This document shows, piece by piece, positions 59,632-64,000 of a stretch of 64,000 bases of DNA. Within the stretch, counting starts at the first letter, position 1. The number at the start of each line of letters is the position of its first letter. The notes under the pieces were generated by a model. That model was not told where the DNA came from. It ran no database searches and saw nothing but the letters and a program-made list of their open reading frames with translations. A program made the translations under genes and the position numbers. This DNA is from a virus, in the IMG/VR virus record IMGVR_UViG_3300045988_150172; one strand, 5' to 3'.

Positions 59632-61080
59632 ATGTTAATAGAAAAATCAAGAAGTGGTGTTTATCAGGACACATCGGAAAATAGGCGTTTACACCGTGTC
59701 GGTCAGAAGTATGGTAAGGTAGCTCAGAAGGAGGAAGATTTTGAATCATTTGCTGATAGGTACGAAAAAGAATATCGAAAGAAACATTCTGGCTCACCAG
59801 TTAAAAATTCTGAAATAAGGTACGAAGCATCAAAGGCATGGGATAAGATGCATTCTTCAGAAAACCGTCGTTTACATCATGTAGGTCAGAAGTATGGTGG
59901 TGCAAAGAAAGATGAAGCAAAAGTTGATTACAAGGATGTAAAAAGTGTTGCTGATTTTTTACTAGATAAATTTAACATTTATTCTAAGACAGAAAATTAT
60001 TCTGAAGTTTCTCCAACTTATCTAAAGTTGAATAAAGGTGTTGAAATCCGTTTTTCTCCTAAAAAAGAATCGGAAAGGGTAGGTAAAGTATTTTATTCTT
60101 CAAGTCAATTTGACAATGAACCTGTTTTTGTAACTATTCTTGCGTCGTTTGATAAATATCCTGAATTAAAGAAATTATTTGACAAGTTAAGTTCTACTAA
60201 TCTTAAAGAAGCAACTGACGGTAAAACTGCTCAATGGGGGACTTGGAAGTTTGCAATTCGAAGCAAGGAAGATTTGAAAAAATTTGGTGAAATTTATAAT
60301 CAAGTTTTCAACAAGAAAAAGGCTGTTTTAGAGTCAGGTGTGAAGAAAGGTGAAATGAAACAGGTTGAGAAAGTTTCTTCAAAAGTTGAAGAACAGCCTG
60401 TTAAGGAAAATGCTGAGAAGCAGGACAAACAGATTTCACGTGTTACTTTTGCAGACGTTCCACGTTCCAGGGAAGTGAACCTGAAGAAGTACCTTACTGA
60501 TTCAAGGCGTAAGCAAGTTGATCATTTGATGAAAGCAGCGGAGGTTATGCCGAAAAGCACTGTAAAACAGATGCATGATGCAGCTGTTAAGAAGTTCAAT
60601 GACAATTTTGATAACCTGAAGAAATCTGAACGTGCATCAGCTCTCTATGTTATTATGAAGTATAAGGACTTTATGAATAAGGCGAAGTCTTCACCTGATA
60701 GGAATAAGGTAGCGCGTGAGGATATAGTCAAAAGAATGTCTGATGCTAAAGTGTCATTTGGTTCTATAGAGCAGATTCTTAGGGAGGGTGCTGAAAAGAA
60801 GAGTGGTGATTCAGGAGCAGTAAAGGGTGATATTGAAGTTGACTTGTCTGGTTCCTATAATGATCATGCTTGGAAATCTTCTGGTCGCAGTAAGCCGAAG
60901 AAGACGTATCAGTTGATACTTCATACGGATGCTGATGCAGGTGCATTTAATAGAGGAACGTTGACAAGGGATCAGATTAAGGGTGTTACGCTTGTTGAAT
61001 CCAATCCATGGGAGGGTTTCTATGTTAAGATTAAGGATATGGATCTTGATGATTTGCCTGTTCGTGCGGATAGAAAGTAA
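59632..61080 (+). CDS. NRRL-leader protein (two motif copies), paralogous modules with 18344 and 57026 ORFs
   Basis: SGVYQDTSENRRLHRVGQKYG at the N-terminus and SSENRRLHHVGQKYG at about residue 75. The VNLKKYL...QVD block is shared with ORF 18344. Confidence 0.75.
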   Translation: MLIEKSRSGVYQDTSENRRLHRVGQKYGKVAQKEEDFESFADRYEKEYRKKHSGSPVKNSEIRYEASKAWDKMHSSENRRLHHVGQKYGGAKKDEAKVDYKDVKSVADFLLDKFNIYSKTENYSEVSPTYLKLNKGVEIRFSPKKESERVGKVFYSSSQFDNEPVFVTILASFDKYPELKKLFDKLSSTNLKEATDGKTAQWGTWKFAIRSKEDLKKFGEIYNQVFNKKKAVLESGVKKGEMKQVEKVSSKVEEQPVKENAEKQDKQISRVTFADVPRSREVNLKKYLTDSRRKQVDHLMKAAEVMPKSTVKQMHDAAVKKFNDNFDNLKKSERASALYVIMKYKDFMNKAKSSPDRNKVAREDIVKRMSDAKVSFGSIEQILREGAEKKSGDSGAVKGDIEVDLSGSYNDHAWKSSGRSKPKKTYQLILHTDADAGAFNRGTLTRDQIKGVTLVESNPWEGFYVKIKDMDLDDLPVRADRK

Positions 61081-61091
61081 TGGAGTGTTTG

Positions 61092-61135
61092 CTTGATATT
61101 AAATGGCTGTTTTAGTTTTAATATGATTATATTTG
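61092..61135 (+). promoter_or_regulatory. weak promoter candidate
   Basis: CTTGATATT, then TATATTTG (61128-61135). The spacing is longer than in the other cassettes. Confidence 0.3.
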
Positions 61136-61171
61136 CTCTGTAGTTGGTGAATGATTAAAATTATATAAGAG

Positions 61172-61861
61172 ATGAAAAAGTATATTTACACAAAGGGGAG
61201 TGAGTCGGTTATTGTTGAGACTGATGGTCTTGGCAAAATTGATAATTTCATTATAACAGGTGTTATTGGTGAAAACTATGGTAGTCTGGTGCAGGCTGGG
61301 TTCTGCTTTAAGATGGGTGATACCGTTTCTATCGCTTCCATGCTGAATATGGCTAAACTTTGCAAGGCAAGAGTTGAATGTTTTGAAGGAAATACTCTTG
61401 TTGTCAATGAGAGTGTTGACTATACGGAGGGTGAGGTTGCACTTGCTGGTACGATAGAGGGCTTGAATCTTTCCATTGTTAGGGATAAGGCATCCTATGA
61501 AGCAAACATGTTCCCTGAATATGTTAAGAAGTATCCTTATGAGGAGGGTGTTACCAATGTTAATTTTCCGTGGCTTGTAGCTAGGTTTAAGAAAGTAACT
61601 GAGAAGGATGACAGCACCTATGAGGTTCAGGTCTTGGCTGATGACAGGGTTCTTGATTTTGTCGGTACAAGTGCTAATCTTGGTAAGGTTTCTGAAGACA
61701 AGAAGACACTTACATGTAAGGCAAAGAACGGTCTGTCTTGGGAAGTAATTAAGGATCTTGGTATTGTCAATCCTAAGGATGTAACTTGGTTTACCATTCG
61801 TATAACTTATAGCGGTGTTCTTTACGAAGCAAAGCTTTATGTAACTCCGGATACAATCTAA
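61172..61861 (+). CDS. hypothetical protein upstream of portal
   Basis: ORF track. The + frame has ordinary composition, unlike the antisense ORF. Confidence 0.6.
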   Translation: MKKYIYTKGSESVIVETDGLGKIDNFIITGVIGENYGSLVQAGFCFKMGDTVSIASMLNMAKLCKARVECFEGNTLVVNESVDYTEGEVALAGTIEGLNLSIVRDKASYEANMFPEYVKKYPYEEGVTNVNFPWLVARFKKVTEKDDSTYEVQVLADDRVLDFVGTSANLGKVSEDKKTLTCKAKNGLSWEVIKDLGIVNPKDVTWFTIRITYSGVLYEAKLYVTPDTI

Positions 61862-61873
61862 AATCTTCCATCT

Positions 61874-63592
61874 ATGAGTAGGAAGAAACACTTCATAAAA
61901 GGTCAGATGGGGGCTGGTTTGTCAGCTCCCATAGACCGTTTAGATGGGATGTCCATTCAGGAATTGAGCTTGATGTCACAGGCTGCACCTCTTGCTCTCC
62001 AGAATAGACTGGAAAAGGCTCTTAGATCAGAAAATGTTGAAGAGGTGTTAAAGGCACAGGCGTTCATTGCACAGCAGGAGAAGAATGGTAAGGCTGTTAA
62101 GCCGGACATCAAATCCATCCTATGGAACCCCTCTGAAATTGGTTTTAATGGTCGTGGATATCGTGATCCTAATAACGGCATACCGTTTACCACACTTCAG
62201 CGAATGGGTGATATCTATATCATTAAATCCATAATCAACACACGTATTGAGCAGATTCAGAATTTCTTAAGGTATAGTGATGACGACCAGAAGCCTGGAT
62301 TTCAGCTTCGCTACAAGCGAGTTGTCGGTGGTGACATTAAGGAAGTATCCAAGAAGGACATGAAAGTGGTTGAGGGGCTTGTGCGTTTTCTTGAGGACGG
62401 TGGTGAGAATGATAAATGGTCTTCAGAGGATAATTTTCAGGACTTTACTCGTAAGGTCATTAAGGATTCCCTGTGTCTTGATCAGATGTGCTTTGAGGTT
62501 GTTCGCAGTCGTAATATGAAAGTGAACAAGTTTAGAGCAGTTGATGCCGCCTTAATACGACAGCTTGATACTGATGATCCACGCTATGCAAGTATGTTTG
62601 AACAGTACAGGTGGCACGGTTATCTTCCTCGTTATGCGATGGTCTGGGATGGCCAGATTATTCGTAACCCAGCTACTGATGAGCTTGTTGTCTATTATCC
62701 ATGGGAACTTGGCTACGGCATACGTAACAAGACGACCAATGTATTCAGGAACGGCTACGGCTGTTCAGAGCTGGAGACTCTTATAGAAGTTGTGACGTGG
62801 ATACTGTGGGGTATGCAGTATAACGGTAATTTCTTTAAGCAGGGGTCACAGCCAAAGGGATTCATCAATGTTAAGAATTCCAACATTGATCAAGGTACGT
62901 TGAATGAGTTCCGTCAGGACTGGAAACAGACAATGTCCAGTGTCTATAATGCCCACAAGATTCCTGTGATACAGGGTATTGATCTTGAGTGGATAGACTT
63001 GCAGCAGTCCAATAAGGACATGGAATTTACGGAGTGGATCAAGTTTTTGTTTGTTGTGACGTGTGCTGTCTATCGTATTGATCCGTCAGAACTGGGCTTT
63101 CAGTTTCAGGATGCCGCAAGGGTGTTTGGACAGGACGGCCAGAAGGAACGTCTTGATCATTCGCAGAAAAAGGGGCTGTTCCCGCTTCTTATCTTTTTCC
63201 AGAACATCATAAATAGATATGTTATATCTGAAATAGATGACCGCTTTGAATTTGTGTTTACAGGCGTGGACATCAAGGATGAGTCCGCTCAGATAGAAAT
63301 TGACAAGAAGAAGCTGGATGCAGGTGTTGTTTCTCTTGAGGACATGTTTCGTAAGTATTCAGGTAGGGAGCTTGACCCTGAAAAGGATACGATCCTTAAT
63401 TCCATCTATCAGACGGCTCAGAGTAATAAGATGATGGGTGGTGAGGATATGAACGGTGCTGTTGATGAGATGAACGGTGAGGGTGGAAATGGTGATTTTG
63501 ACATTGCAGACATGCTGATGCAGAAATCTCAGGGAAACCCTATTCTTGGCAAGGCACTGGAATTTATTGACAATCAGTTATCGGCTAAATAA
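61874..63592 (+). CDS. portal protein
   Basis: 572 aa. YNGNFFKQGSQPKGFINVK...EFTEWIKFLFVVTCAVYRIDPSELG fits the conserved portal core pattern (ff..G..p.G.l / fgvP). Acidic C-terminus. Confidence 0.65.
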   Translation: MSRKKHFIKGQMGAGLSAPIDRLDGMSIQELSLMSQAAPLALQNRLEKALRSENVEEVLKAQAFIAQQEKNGKAVKPDIKSILWNPSEIGFNGRGYRDPNNGIPFTTLQRMGDIYIIKSIINTRIEQIQNFLRYSDDDQKPGFQLRYKRVVGGDIKEVSKKDMKVVEGLVRFLEDGGENDKWSSEDNFQDFTRKVIKDSLCLDQMCFEVVRSRNMKVNKFRAVDAALIRQLDTDDPRYASMFEQYRWHGYLPRYAMVWDGQIIRNPATDELVVYYPWELGYGIRNKTTNVFRNGYGCSELETLIEVVTWILWGMQYNGNFFKQGSQPKGFINVKNSNIDQGTLNEFRQDWKQTMSSVYNAHKIPVIQGIDLEWIDLQQSNKDMEFTEWIKFLFVVTCAVYRIDPSELGFQFQDAARVFGQDGQKERLDHSQKKGLFPLLIFFQNIINRYVISEIDDRFEFVFTGVDIKDESAQIEIDKKKLDAGVVSLEDMFRKYSGRELDPEKDTILNSIYQTAQSNKMMGGEDMNGAVDEMNGEGGNGDFDIADMLMQKSQGNPILGKALEFIDNQLSAK

Positions 63593-63762
63593 TGGCTTAT
63601 AGAGAAAGAGTTCCAAGGGTGCAGAGGCATGTTGACCCTATGCGATATCCAGCAGTACAGGGGCGATATGAACGTGAAGCGATGAAGAGCTTTGCGCCTG
63701 TGGAGCTGTTTGGTAACATTGTTGAAACGATGACGAAGATAGTTAAGGAAAAGAGGGGTTGA
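63592..63762 (+). CDS. small hypothetical ORF (56 aa)
   Basis: TAATG overlap with the portal stop. Hand translation gives MAYRERVPRVQRHVDPMRYPAVQGRYEREAM... Confidence 0.35.
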   Translation: MAYRERVPRVQRHVDPMRYPAVQGRYEREAMKSFAPVELFGNIVETMTKIVKEKRG

Positions 63763-63763
63763 T

Positions 63764-64000
63764 ATGCTTTTTACGGATAAGGACATACAGCAGATTTTGA
63801 AGGAAGTGGACTTGTCCACGGCCAAACTGGTTGCTCGTGTTCTTGGTCGGAGCTTTTTAACCAAATATGACATTGGCCTCCTAAAGAAGCGTGGTGTTGA
63901 CTTGGTTAAGCTGATACCGAAGTTTCCAGTACATTATCAGTCCTTTCTGTTTGGTCGGCTTTCGGCCGCACTGGGCGATTCTGTTACGAGAACGATGGCT
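63764..64000 (+). CDS. partial CDS running off the window (head-module protein)
   Basis: Open from the ATG at 63764 to the window end (79 codons): MLFTDKDIQQILKEVDLSTAKLVARVLGRSFL... Confidence 0.45.
   Translation, partial: MLFTDKDIQQILKEVDLSTAKLVARVLGRSFLTKYDIGLLKKRGVDLVKLIPKFPVHYQSFLFGRLSAALGDSVTRTMA

Noticed and set aside
61127-61891. 254-aa minus-strand ORF antisense to 61172-61861.
   Set aside because: Its composition is Ile/Leu/Asn/Cys/Thr-rich and looks non-protein-like. The + frame has ordinary composition, follows a -7 box and packs against the portal gene.

Overview
This window reads as part of a large dsDNA phage, or phage-plasmid, of a Bacteroidota host. Supporting points: TAnnTTTG-type -7 promoter boxes, no Shine-Dalgarno sequences, A/T-rich leaders, and three BACON-domain proteins. 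Almost all genes are on the + strand and tightly packed.

Gene order:
- 0.6-4.9 kb: nucleotide / DNA-modification cluster (ThyA-family enzyme, two P-loop kinases, YfbR-like HD nucleotidase, candidate aGPT-pyrophosphorylase).
- 4.9-9.6 kb: a dnaE-type polymerase interrupted twice, by a ~306-nt non-coding intervening sequence and by a 330-aa LAGLIDADG intein.
- 11-30 kb: recombination/replication genes (SSB-like, SbcD, RecA, SbcC, RuvC, LigA, SNF2 helicase, RNase HI, UvrD-like helicase, GroEL).
- 18.3-21.8 kb: effector-like proteins with a shared N-terminal 'NRRLHRVGQ' leader (papain-fold toxin-like and RelA/SpoT-like domains), small partner ORFs (one frameshifted) and a (p)ppGpp-hydrolase-like HD protein.
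- 32-35 kb: three tandem BACON paralogs and a Dps.
- ~34.9-51 kb: a GC-richer segment of many short transcription units. It holds an ECF sigma factor, a DnaA-domain-IV-like protein, a J-domain protein, a second UvrD-like helicase, a lysis pair, HU and a HAD phosphatase.
- 52.7-55.9 kb: a minus-strand island ending in a Rep_3-like initiator next to seven 22-bp-phased iterons.
- 56.0-57.0 kb: ORF-poor region with a tRNA-like element and orphan terminators.
- 57-64 kb: two large NRRL-motif proteins, the portal and the start of the head module.

Most interesting signals:
1. The plasmid-type Rep/iteron replicon.
2. A 0.94-kb ORF-free region with 54-bp-phased repeats beside the DnaA-like gene.
3. 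A promoter/leader cassette reused about 18 times.
4. The candidate thymidine-hypermodification cluster.
5. The doubly invaded dnaE.
6. The NRRL leader shared by toxin-like proteins.

All family assignments come from motif recognition by eye. No searches were run.
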